Source: Sphingomonas paucimobilis (GTDB lineage: Bacteria; Pseudomonadota; Alphaproteobacteria; Sphingomonadales; Sphingomonadaceae). Taken from it: a stretch of DNA of 64,000 bases. The DNA is taken from assembly GCA_943370355.1 (NCBI GenBank), contig CALRQP020000008.1, forward strand, positions 53,222-117,221, given 5' to 3'. Each line of letters starts with the position of its first letter. Position 1 is the first letter of the stretch. Both the position numbers and the translations under genes were made by a program. Under the pieces are notes generated by a model. That model saw nothing but the letters and a program-made list of their open reading frames with translations, searched no databases and was not told the DNA's origin. Of the stretch, positions 1-7,749 are shown one piece after another.

Positions 1-11
1 GGCTGCGCGTT

Positions 12-41
12 GACGCTTCCCGCCCGCCACGGCAAAGCGTC
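12..41 (+). promoter_or_regulatory. leader hairpin just upstream of the metZ start codon; possible 3' part of a SAM-II-type riboswitch cut off by the window edge
   Basis: GACGCTT (12..18) pairs with AAGCGTC (35..41) across a 16-nt loop. The stem can extend outward (GCGCG 5..9 with GCGC 42..45) and ends 4 nt before ATG 46. The GCUU...AAAGC pattern recalls SAM-II. Confidence 0.25.
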
Positions 42-45
42 GCGC

Positions 46-1254
46 ATGAAGCGCACCACAGGCCAAGACCGCAACATCACCAGGGGCTGGCGTCCGGCGA
101 CCCGCGCCGTGCGCGGCGGCACGGCGCGATCGGATTTTGGCGAGACGTCGGAAGCGATCTTCCTGACGTCGGGCTATTGCTACGACGATGCCGAGGAGGC
201 CGCCGCGCGCTTCCGCGGCGAGCGGCCGGGCATGACCTATTCGCGGCTGCAGAACCCGACCGTGCAGATGCTCGAGGAGCGGCTGTGTCTGCTTGAGGGC
301 GCGGAGGCCTGCCGCGCGCAGGCGACGGGCATGGCGGCGATGACGGCGGCGCTGATGTCGACCGTGTCGGCGGGGGACCATGTCGTCGCGGCCAAGGCGG
401 CGTTCGGGTCCTGCCGCGTGCTCATCGACAGCATCCTGCCGCGCTTCGGCGTCGAGACGACGACCGTCGATGGCGCGGATGTCGATGCCTGGGCGAAGGC
501 GCGGCAACCGAACACCAAGGTGTTTTTCTTCGAAACACCCGCCAATCCGACCCTTGATGTCATAGACATCCGCGCCGTATGCGACCTTGCACATGACGCA
601 GGCGCTCTCGCGATCGTCGACAATGCCTTTGCCTCGCCGGTCCTGCAGCGGCCGATGGAGTTCGGCGCCGACATCGTCGCCTATTCGGCAACCAAACATA
701 TGGACGGGCAGGGCCGCGTGCTCGCCGGTGCGGTGCTCGGCAGCGAGCAGTGGATGAACGACAAGCTGCTCGCGTTCACGCGCCACACCGGGCCGAACCT
801 GTCGCCGTTCAATGCCTGGGTGATCCTGAAGAGCCTCGAGACGCTCGATCTGCGCGTCCGCAAGGCCAGCGAGAATGCGCTGGCGGTCGCGAGTTTTCTC
901 GAAGCACGCGTGCCGCGCCTGCTCTATCCGGCGCTCGCCAGCCATCCGCAGCATGAGCTCGCGATGCGCCAGATGGATGCCGGCGGCACGATCATGGCGC
1001 TGTTCCTCGACGGCGGGCGCCGCCAAGCCCATGCGCTGCTCGACGCGCTGCAACTGGTCGATATCTCCAACAATGTTGGCGATTCGCGCAGCCTGATGAC
1101 GCATCCCGCCTCGACGACGCATGCGAGCGTCTCGGCGGACGCGCGCGAAGAAATGGGCATTACCGAAGGCATGCTCCGCCTGTCGGTCGGGCTCGAAGAT
1201 CCTGCCGACATCATCGAAGATTTCGACGCGGCGCTGACGAGCATCGGTCTGTGA
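46..1254 (+). CDS. metZ: O-succinylhomoserine sulfhydrylase (Cys/Met-metabolism PLP enzyme)
   Basis: ORF 10..1254 shows trans-sulfuration PLP family blocks (FLTSGYCY, YSRLQNPT, FFETPANP, YSATKHMDGQGR with the PLP lysine). First ATG is at 46; position 10 is a TTG extension. Confidence 0.9.
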   Translation: MKRTTGQDRNITRGWRPATRAVRGGTARSDFGETSEAIFLTSGYCYDDAEEAAARFRGERPGMTYSRLQNPTVQMLEERLCLLEGAEACRAQATGMAAMTAALMSTVSAGDHVVAAKAAFGSCRVLIDSILPRFGVETTTVDGADVDAWAKARQPNTKVFFFETPANPTLDVIDIRAVCDLAHDAGALAIVDNAFASPVLQRPMEFGADIVAYSATKHMDGQGRVLAGAVLGSEQWMNDKLLAFTRHTGPNLSPFNAWVILKSLETLDLRVRKASENALAVASFLEARVPRLLYPALASHPQHELAMRQMDAGGTIMALFLDGGRRQAHALLDALQLVDISNNVGDSRSLMTHPASTTHASVSADAREEMGITEGMLRLSVGLEDPADIIEDFDAALTSIGL

Positions 1255-1655
1255 AGGTCCTCTTCCCCTATTCGGCCACGACGCGCGGCGTGACGGTCCG
1301 CGTCAACCCGAACTATCTGCCCGACCAGTCCGATCCGGCCGGCGGGCGCTGGGTCTGGTCCTACCATATCCGGCTGGAGAATGAGGGCGACGCGCCCGTC
1401 CAGCTCATCAGCCGGCACTGGATCATCACCGACGCGCGCGGCCGCGTCGAAGAGGTCGAGGGGCCCGGCGTGGTCGGCGAGCAACCGGTCATCGAGCCGG
1501 GCCGGTCGTTCGACTATGTCTCGGGCTGCCCGCTACCCACCGCTTCGGGCACGATGCGCGGCAGCTACCGCATGATCAGCAACGGGATGCGCTTCGACGC
1601 CGCCATCCCACCCTTCAGCCTCGACAGCCCGATGGGTCGCGGACGGCTGAACTAA
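1251..1655 (+). CDS. apaG: ApaG (DUF525) protein
   Basis: 134 aa with the ApaG run SRHWIITDARGRVEEVEGPGVVGEQPVIEPG...YVSGCPL. The GTG start overlaps the metZ stop (GTGA). Confidence 0.9.
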   Translation: MKVLFPYSATTRGVTVRVNPNYLPDQSDPAGGRWVWSYHIRLENEGDAPVQLISRHWIITDARGRVEEVEGPGVVGEQPVIEPGRSFDYVSGCPLPTASGTMRGSYRMISNGMRFDAAIPPFSLDSPMGRGRLN

Positions 1656-1696
1656 TTGACAGTGCCGCCGCCGCGCACGTCCGCTACAGGTTGCAT

Positions 1697-2170
1697 ATGA
1701 CTACGCAAATTCCAGACGGATTCATCGAACTGCCGTTCAAATATGGCTTCGTTGGCGTCAACGGCCCGCTTTATTGCAATACGGCGGACGGCAAGCTGGT
1801 GCTCGGCTTTCGCGTCGAGGAGCGGCATTGCAACCCGATGGCCATCTGCCACGGCGGCATGCTCGCGCTGTTCGCCGACATGCAATTGCCCTTCGGTGCG
1901 CGCATGCAGGCCGGACTCGCCGACCATTTCCTGCCGACCGTAAGTCTCACGACCGACTTCCTCGCGACCGCCCCGCTGGGTGCCTGGGTCGAAGGCCGCA
2001 CCGAGGTGCTCCGCAAGACGCACAAGACGCTGTTCGCCCAGATGATCGCGACCGCCGACGGGGAGCCTTGCCTGCGTGCAAACGGCATTTTCAAGATCGG
2101 CCCGGTGGTGAAGTTCGGCGGCGACATGGAAAAGCTGCTGAGAGGCGAGCTGTCGGGGCCTGCGGCCTGA
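1697..2170 (+). CDS. PaaI-family hotdog-fold thioesterase
   Basis: ORF 1691..2170 has a CHGGMLALFAD block and the length typical of PaaI/YdiI thioesterases. ATG at 1697; TTG at 1691 is also open. Confidence 0.8.
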   Translation: MTTQIPDGFIELPFKYGFVGVNGPLYCNTADGKLVLGFRVEERHCNPMAICHGGMLALFADMQLPFGARMQAGLADHFLPTVSLTTDFLATAPLGAWVEGRTEVLRKTHKTLFAQMIATADGEPCLRANGIFKIGPVVKFGGDMEKLLRGELSGPAA

Positions 2171-2201
2171 GCCAGCCCACTGGCGTCCCTCGATCCTTTC
2201 T

Positions 2202-2220
2202 GATAATGGTTCGCAATAGA
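2202..2220 (+). promoter_or_regulatory. Fur-box-like sequence overlapping the feoA start
   Basis: GATAATGGTTCGCAATAGA matches 12 of 19 positions of GATAATGATAATCATTATC. It lies directly on the feoA ATG, and feo operons are commonly Fur-controlled. Confidence 0.25.
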
Positions 2221-2490
2221 CCTCCAGCCGGGACCCTTGTGATCCATATCGACCAGCTCCAACCGGGCGCGCCTGCGATCATCGCGGCCATCGACCGCGA
2301 TGCCTGCGATGCGGCGACGTGGCGGCGGCTGCATGAGATGGGCTTTGACGAGGGCGTCGATGTCGAGCTGCTGCACCGCGCGGCGTTCGGCGGGCCCATC
2401 GCGGTCCGCGTCGGCAACATGACCGTCGCGCTGCGCCCCGCACAGGCCGCACTGATCACCGTCGAACCGCAACACGCCGCCGCGCTATGA
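2206..2490 (+). CDS. feoA: ferrous iron transport protein A
   Basis: 94 aa from ATG 2206 inside ORF 1774..2490. It is a small FeoA-like protein (GFDEGVDVELLHRAAFGGPIAVRVGN). Its stop overlaps the feoB ATG (ATGA). Confidence 0.85.
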   Translation: MVRNRPPAGTLVIHIDQLQPGAPAIIAAIDRDACDAATWRRLHEMGFDEGVDVELLHRAAFGGPIAVRVGNMTVALRPAQAALITVEPQHAAAL

Positions 2491-4328
2491 CCGCCATCGC
2501 CGCGCTGGTCGGCAATCCCAATGCGGGCAAGACCTCGCTGTTCAACGCGCTGACCGGCGCGCGGCAGAAAGTCGGCAATTACCCCGGCGTCACCGTCGAG
2601 CGCAAAACTGGACCCTTGCGCCTCCCCGACGGCAGCCAGGTCGAGATCGTCGATCTGCCCGGCACCTACAGCCTCGACGCGCGCTCGCCCGACGAGGAAG
2701 TCACCCGCGACATGGTGATGGGCGTGCAGGCGGGCGAACGCCGACCCGACGCGATCGTCGCCGTCATCGACGCAACCAATTTGCGCAACCACCTGCGTTT
2801 CGTGCTCGAACTCAAGCGGCTCGGCCTGCCGATGATGGTCGCGCTCAACATGATCGACCTCGCCGAGCGCGACGGGCTGAAGATCGACGTCGCCGCCCTC
2901 TCCGCCAAACTCGGCATGCCCGTCGTCCCGACCGTCGCCGTCCGCCGCCGCGGTCTCGATACGCTTGCCGAGCAGCTCCAGCCGCTCCTCGCCAGCGCGC
3001 ACCCCACTCAGGCGCTCCCCCCCGCCGACATCCGCACCCTGCAGCGCGAAGCGCGCACCATCGCCGATGCCGTCACCCTCGGCATGGGCAGCGCGCGGCG
3101 CTGGAGCCAGTCGATCGACCGCATCGCGCTGCACCCGGTCATCGGCCCAATCCTGCTCGCCGGCATCCTGTTCTTCATGTTCCAGGCGGTCTTCTCCTGG
3201 GCGCAGGCCCCGCAGGACGCGATCGAAGCGGCGATCTCGGCGCTGCAAGGCACCGTCTCCGCGGCCCTCCCGGTCGGCTGGCTCCGCTCGCTCATCAACG
3301 ATGGCGTGCTCGCCGGAGTCGGCGCGGTCATCGTGTTCCTGCCGCAGATCCTGATCCTGTTCGCCTTCATCATCGCGCTCGAACAGTCGGGTTATATGAC
3401 CCGCGCCGCCTTCCTGATGGACCAGCTCATGGCCAAGGTCGGCCTCAACGGCCGCGCTTTCATCCCGCTGCTCTCCTCCTTCGCCTGTGCGATCCCCGGC
3501 ATCATGGCGACACGCACCATCGCCGAGCCGCGCGACCGGCTGACGACGATGCTCATCGCGCCGCTGATGACCTGCTCGGCCCGCCTGCCCGTCTATGCGA
3601 TCGTCATCGCCGCCTTCATCCCCGACCGCACCGTCGGCGGCGTCTTCAACCTGCAAGGCCTCGTGCTGTTCGCGCTCTATGCCTTCGGAGTCGGCGGCGC
3701 GCTCGTCGCGGCCTGGGCGCTGCGCCGCACCGTGACCAAGGGCGGCAACCAGACCTTCCTCATGGAAATGCCCAAATACCAGCTGCCGGCGCTGCGCGAC
3801 TTCGGCATCGGCCTGTGGCAGCGCGCGCAGGCCTTCCTGTACCGCGCCGGCACGATCATCCTGCTGTCGACCGTCGCACTCTGGGCACTGGCGAGCTGGC
3901 CCAACCCGCCCGCCGGAGCCACCCGCCCCGCGCTCGAATATTCGCTCGCCGGCAAGATCGGTGCGGCGCTCGAACCGATCTTCCGCCCGATCGGCTTCAA
4001 CAAGGAAATCGCCCTCGCACTCGTCCCCGGCATGGCGGCGCGCGAAGTCGCCGTCTCGGCGCTCGGCACCGTCTATTCGATCGGCGACACCGACGGCGCC
4101 GCGGGCCAGACCTCGCTCGTCGACCGCCTGCGCCACGCCTGGCCGCTCCCGACCGCCCTCGCCTTCCTCGCCTGGTATGTCTTCGCGCCGCAGTGCATCT
4201 CAACGCTCGCCGTCGCGCGCCGCGAAACCAACAGCTGGCGCTGGCCCGCCTTCATGTTCGGTTACCTGTTCGTCATGGCCTATGCGGCGGCGGGGCTGAC
4301 CTACTGGACGGCAAAGGCGTTGTTGTAG
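2487..4328 (+). CDS. feoB: ferrous iron transporter FeoB
   Basis: 613 aa with an N-terminal G domain (GNPNAGKTSLFNALTG, DLPGTYSL) followed by a polytopic membrane domain. Confidence 0.95.
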   Translation: MTAIAALVGNPNAGKTSLFNALTGARQKVGNYPGVTVERKTGPLRLPDGSQVEIVDLPGTYSLDARSPDEEVTRDMVMGVQAGERRPDAIVAVIDATNLRNHLRFVLELKRLGLPMMVALNMIDLAERDGLKIDVAALSAKLGMPVVPTVAVRRRGLDTLAEQLQPLLASAHPTQALPPADIRTLQREARTIADAVTLGMGSARRWSQSIDRIALHPVIGPILLAGILFFMFQAVFSWAQAPQDAIEAAISALQGTVSAALPVGWLRSLINDGVLAGVGAVIVFLPQILILFAFIIALEQSGYMTRAAFLMDQLMAKVGLNGRAFIPLLSSFACAIPGIMATRTIAEPRDRLTTMLIAPLMTCSARLPVYAIVIAAFIPDRTVGGVFNLQGLVLFALYAFGVGGALVAAWALRRTVTKGGNQTFLMEMPKYQLPALRDFGIGLWQRAQAFLYRAGTIILLSTVALWALASWPNPPAGATRPALEYSLAGKIGAALEPIFRPIGFNKEIALALVPGMAAREVAVSALGTVYSIGDTDGAAGQTSLVDRLRHAWPLPTALAFLAWYVFAPQCISTLAVARRETNSWRWPAFMFGYLFVMAYAAAGLTYWTAKALL

Positions 4329-4395
4329 GAGCGTTCGGATCGGCGGAGCAGCTGAATGTCGGCTAACGACTCCGTTGCGGGCATTCTTGTCGCCG
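4329..4395 (+). repeat. cassette-leader repeat, copy 1
   Basis: Starts right after the feoB stop. The core at 4351..4385 (GCTGAATGTCGGCTAACGACTCCGTTGCGGGCATT) is 28/35 identical to 5041..5075, and the preceding GTTCGGATCGG resembles TTTCGGGATGG in copy 2. Confidence 0.7.
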
Positions 4396-4444
4396 CGCCA
4401 GCAGCGCGATAGCGGAAGTAGCGAAGATGCGTTAAGATCGTGCC

Positions 4445-4915
4445 ATGAGACAGCCGAGAGAGGTATGGTTCGTCCCATCCCCAATTCGGGGCTTCGGTGT
4501 CGTTCATTGGAAAGGCCCGGCCTTCATTTTCGGGATGACGCTGCTTGCCCTGCCGTCAGCGCTGTTTACTCTGGCGAACCAAGAGCGGTTCCCCTTGCTA
4601 TCTGCGGTAGGCGCACTGTTCGCGATGGGGGCCATAGTCGTTGGCTACTATGTGTGCACGATCCACACAGCAGATCGCGACACCGATTACGATAAGAACT
4701 TGACCCTGAAAGAGGCCCATTGGCGCGTATTGCCGCAATGCGTGAAAGCCGCCAGCATCGGTATTGGGTTGCCCGCGTGGATCGTTGTGGCAACGGGCGT
4801 GGTGACTGGTCACATGGACACGCCCATTCAGCACGCCGCGTTCACTGTTTTTATGATGGTCGCTGTGCTTCAGACGGCGTCTACCTTCCGAAGCTACTGG
4901 CGAAAGGAACTCTGA
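4445..4915 (+). CDS. hypothetical membrane protein (about four hydrophobic helices)
   Basis: 156-aa ORF with no family recognised. It has many A/T-ending codons that are atypical for this replicon, and a weak RBS. Confidence 0.5.
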   Translation: MRQPREVWFVPSPIRGFGVVHWKGPAFIFGMTLLALPSALFTLANQERFPLLSAVGALFAMGAIVVGYYVCTIHTADRDTDYDKNLTLKEAHWRVLPQCVKAASIGIGLPAWIVVATGVVTGHMDTPIQHAAFTVFMMVAVLQTASTFRSYWRKEL

Positions 4916-5020
4916 CGGCAGCTAATCGCCCCTCTCCCTCCAAAAGCTGCCGGGCCGCTGTCCACCCACTCCCGGTCACTCCGCCGCAGATTTTAACCGC
5001 AAATCTTCGCAAAGCGGTCC

Positions 5021-5086
5021 GGCCGCTTTCGGGATGGATTGCTGCCGGTCCGCTTACGACTCCATTGCGGACATTAGCATCAGCAG
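5021..5086 (+). repeat. cassette-leader repeat, copy 2
   Basis: The core at 5041..5075 (GCTGCCGGTCCGCTTACGACTCCATTGCGGACATT) matches copy 1. It lies 13 nt upstream of the next ORF. Confidence 0.7.
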
Positions 5087-5098
5087 TAAGGTGGGCCG

Positions 5099-5674
5099 AT
5101 GTGGCTCGACGGATCCCAGTTTCAGCTTCCTGGGAACACGCTACCGGCCTTCTACGCCTACCTCGTCGGAGCAGGTGTCCTCATTTCGATTGTCGCTACT
5201 CGCGGCGACGTCAAAGCCTTCAAGACCTTGAGCCGACGAATGGCGCCCCCTCTTGCAATCATGGGTCTGATTGTCTTGGCACTGTGGCTGACACGATCCC
5301 AGCCACCTCCGCTTGGCTCTGTCGATGGAATTTATCGAAGCGCCTGCTGTTCTCCCGTCCAGCTCAAAGATGGCGTGCTCGCGAGCGGGACCTTCCGCGT
5401 TCCATTCAAACTCTCGATGGAGAAGGCGGGAGACATGGACCATCCAAACAAGATCGGGCTCGTGGCAGTTACGCCGGTCACAGTCGGAGTTCGAGCCGGG
5501 CGGGTTAGTGCGATGCCTGACCGGGTCGTGAAAGCGGGGTGGTTTGGGTTTGGTGGCAAAAGTGAGATGATAGTTGGAGGACGTCCTGCTCACTTCATCT
5601 TTTCAGACGATCGCAAAACATTCACTCTTTGCGACGCACGTTGCGAAACGGAATATCAGTTCCTCCGCCGCTGA
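5099..5674 (+). CDS. hypothetical membrane-anchored protein
   Basis: 191-aa ORF with an AAGGTGG RBS a few nt upstream of the ATG. Two N-terminal hydrophobic helices precede a soluble C-terminal part. No family recognised. Confidence 0.55.
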   Translation: MWLDGSQFQLPGNTLPAFYAYLVGAGVLISIVATRGDVKAFKTLSRRMAPPLAIMGLIVLALWLTRSQPPPLGSVDGIYRSACCSPVQLKDGVLASGTFRVPFKLSMEKAGDMDHPNKIGLVAVTPVTVGVRAGRVSAMPDRVVKAGWFGFGGKSEMIVGGRPAHFIFSDDRKTFTLCDARCETEYQFLRR

Positions 5675-5716
5675 GGCCGAGTGTCCACTATCCACCCAGT
5701 TTGAGGCATTCGCTCG
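5667..5716 (+). repeat. possible degenerate third copy of the cassette-leader repeat
   Basis: GCCGCTGA...GTTTGAGGCATTCGCTCGC resembles GCAGCTGA...GTTGCGGGCATTCTTGTCGC of copy 1. The central part is poorly conserved. Confidence 0.3.
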
Positions 5717-5741
5717 CACGCACTGTCCCCCAACCCCCGCA

Positions 5742-5770
5742 TTGTCACACCGCTCCCCCATCGCTATATC
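5742..5770 (+). promoter_or_regulatory. sigma70-like promoter upstream of purC
   Basis: TTGTCA (5742..5747), a 17-nt spacer, then TATATC (5765..5770). Confidence 0.35.
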
Positions 5771-5784
5771 CTGAATCCATCCGC

Positions 5785-5834
5785 CGCCCCGGGTCGCGCA
5801 GGCAAACTGCGTCCGGGGCGCTCCTGTTTTCGGG
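5785..5834 (+). terminator. terminator-like or attenuator hairpin between the promoter and the purC ATG
   Basis: CGCCCCGG (5785..5792) pairs with CCGGGGCG (5813..5820), with an inner CGCAG/CTGCG helix, followed by CTCCTGTTTTCGGG. The T-run is offset about 6 nt from the stem. Confidence 0.35.
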
Positions 5835-5867
5835 CGTTTCCCGCCAGCCATGAAAGGCGCAAAAGCC

Positions 5868-6647
5868 ATGACCCGGCGCCGCCAGATTTACGAGGGCAAG
5901 GCCAAGATCCTCTACGAAGGCCCCGAACCCGGCACGATCATCCAATATTTCAAGGATGACGCCACCGCCTTCAATGCGCAGAAAAAGGGCACGATTTCCG
6001 GCAAGGGCGTGCTCAACAACCGCATTTCCGAGCATCTGTTCACGCTGCTCGGCAATATCGGCATCCCGCATCATTTCATCCGCCGCCTCAACATGCGCGA
6101 GCAGCTGGTCCGCCAGGTCGAGATCGTGCCGATCGAGGTCGTGGCGCGCAACGTCGTTGCCGGCTCGCTCGCCAAACGGCTCGGCATGGAGGAAGGCGCG
6201 CAGCTGCCGCGCACCATCATCGAATATTATCTGAAGGACGATGCGCTCGGCGATCCGCTGATCACCGACGAGCATATCGCCGCCTTCGGCTGGGCCAACC
6301 AGGACGAGATGCACGACATCGCCGACTTCGCGATCCGCGTGAACGACTTCCTCTCGGGCCTGTTCGCTGGCATCGGCATCCGCCTCGTCGACTTCAAGCT
6401 CGAATTCGGCCGGCTGTGGGACGGCGACTATGCCCGCATCATCCTCGCCGACGAAATCAGCCCCGACGGCTGCCGCCTGTGGGACATGACGACCAACGAA
6501 AAGCTCGACAAGGACCGCTTCCGGCGCGACCTTGGCGGAGAAGTTGAGGCTTATCAAGAGGTTGCGCGTCGGTTGGGGTTGCTGCCGGAGGGTAACGTCT
6601 CAACGGTGCTCGATCTGGACAAGCATCGGAAGGCACGGGGGAAATAA
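5868..6647 (+). CDS. purC: phosphoribosylaminoimidazole-succinocarboxamide (SAICAR) synthase
   Basis: ORF 5850..6647 has SAICAR synthetase blocks ([37 protein letters not shown]). ATG 5868 is preferred. Confidence 0.95.
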   Translation: MTRRRQIYEGKAKILYEGPEPGTIIQYFKDDATAFNAQKKGTISGKGVLNNRISEHLFTLLGNIGIPHHFIRRLNMREQLVRQVEIVPIEVVARNVVAGSLAKRLGMEEGAQLPRTIIEYYLKDDALGDPLITDEHIAAFGWANQDEMHDIADFAIRVNDFLSGLFAGIGIRLVDFKLEFGRLWDGDYARIILADEISPDGCRLWDMTTNEKLDKDRFRRDLGGEVEAYQEVARRLGLLPEGNVSTVLDLDKHRKARGK

Positions 6648-6803
6648 GGCGAAGGCGCACCGAGCCCGCGAAGCGATTGCGCAAGCAATCGTTAGCAGGC
6701 GAGCGAGCCGCCGCCCGCCCGGCCGGCGGGTCGCACGGCGAAGCCAAGCGATCCCGTCCGACGCCAGCGCGGGCTTCGCCCGCGCCCTCCCGCCACTTTT
6801 CAC

Positions 6804-6832
6804 TTGACATTTCGAACCATATCGGTTAGTGC
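6804..6832 (+). promoter_or_regulatory. sigma70-like promoter inside the purC-DUF484 gap
   Basis: TTGACA (6804..6809), a 17-nt spacer, then TAGTGC (6827..6832). The -10 is weak. Confidence 0.3.
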
Positions 6833-7188
6833 GCAGGCCGTCCGGTCGTGGCCACGGCCGGGCGGACACGCTTCCGATGCCGCAAGGCCTCAGAAGCAGG
6901 ACCGGCGCGGAATCGTTCGGGGTTAGCCGAAGCTTCGCGTCAGACATCCGGTCTGGATTCGCCTGCAACAGAGCGTCCACCTGCTCCGCTGAAAGGGACG
7001 CCGGGACAGCCAGACCCCCAAAGCCTCGGTGCGGCTTCTACTCTACGTCAGTCACCGAGCGCCCGAGCGTCCAGCAGAAGGACGCGCCGGTCCCCGTTGT
7101 CTCACCCGGCTGCGAATCCGCAGGCCGGGCACGCGGCGCATCCCGCAACACAGTGATTATTAATCCCTTCGGGTGTAGCCTGCCCCGT

Positions 7189-7749
7189 ATGGCCACGGTT
7201 CTCTCCTTCGAACAGCATGCGATGGCGCGGCTGCGCGCCCGCGTCGCCGCGCTCGACGAGGCGAATTCGGACCTGCTGACCTATGCGCGCAGCCATTCGG
7301 GCGCGGTCGCGGAAATCCATGCGGCGGCGCTTGCGGCGATGGAGGCGACAAGCCTCGACCATCTGATCCATGTGGTGACGCAGGACTGGGTCGACATCCT
7401 CGGCGTCGATGCGGTGGCGCTCGCCTTCGCTGACGAGGTCAATGCGGTGCGCGCCGGCCTGACTGGCGTGCAATTCGTCGACCCGGCCGAGCTTGCCCCG
7501 TTGATGCGGCGCATTCCCGAGGTGACGCTGCGCGCCGTCGACGAAGGTGCCGCCGTGTTCGGCCCCGCCGCACCGCTGATCCGGTCGGAGGCGCTGATCC
7601 GCCTGACCCCCGCCGCGCCCCTGCCGGTCGGCGTCCTCGGCCTCGGCTCGCGGCAACGGCACAGCTTCACCGGCAGCCACGGCGGCGAATTGCTGGCGTT
7701 CCTCGGCGGCGTGGTATCGCGCACGCTGGCCCGCTGGGTGGCCAGTTAG
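7189..7749 (+). CDS. DUF484 (YigA-like) protein
   Basis: 186 aa from ATG 7189 within ORF 6829..7749. It resembles the DUF484 proteins that normally sit next to xerC. The 120 in-frame codons upstream look non-coding. Confidence 0.8.
   Translation: MATVLSFEQHAMARLRARVAALDEANSDLLTYARSHSGAVAEIHAAALAAMEATSLDHLIHVVTQDWVDILGVDAVALAFADEVNAVRAGLTGVQFVDPAELAPLMRRIPEVTLRAVDEGAAVFGPAAPLIRSEALIRLTPAAPLPVGVLGLGSRQRHSFTGSHGGELLAFLGGVVSRTLARWVAS

Noticed and set aside
4351-5075. Integron attC interpretation of the cassette-leader repeats (GCTAAC ... GTTGCGG resembling inverse-core / core sites).
   Set aside because: The putative core sites are only 6 nt apart and not part of a 57-141-nt imperfect palindrome. 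No intI integrase is nearby; xerC at 12 kb is a housekeeping recombinase.
5785-5860. Similarity of GGGTCGCGCAGGCAAAC...CCGGGGCG...CCGCCAGCC to the ZTP (pfl) riboswitch core upstream of a purine gene.
   Set aside because: The P2 hairpin and the conserved CCGCCUGGGC 3' strand are absent. The sequence folds more simply as a single hairpin.
6940-7160. tmRNA-like CTGGATTCG motif (about 6950) and cobalamin-riboswitch-like GGCTGCGAATCCGCAG...CCCGCAACACAGTGA (about 7105..7155).
   Set aside because: No tag-peptide reading frame (ANDN...AA), T-arm or CCA end was found on either strand, and no B12 box (AGYCMGGAGACCKGCC-like). A DUF484 gene is also not a plausible B12-regulated target. The resemblance is judged to be chance in GC-rich sequence.
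6829-7188. N-terminal 120-codon extension of the DUF484 ORF, plus ORFs 6848..7156 + and 6600..6980 -.
   Set aside because: The translations are Arg/Pro/Ser/Ala-rich with no domain-like pattern. DUF484 homology starts at ATG 7189. The region is treated as non-coding.
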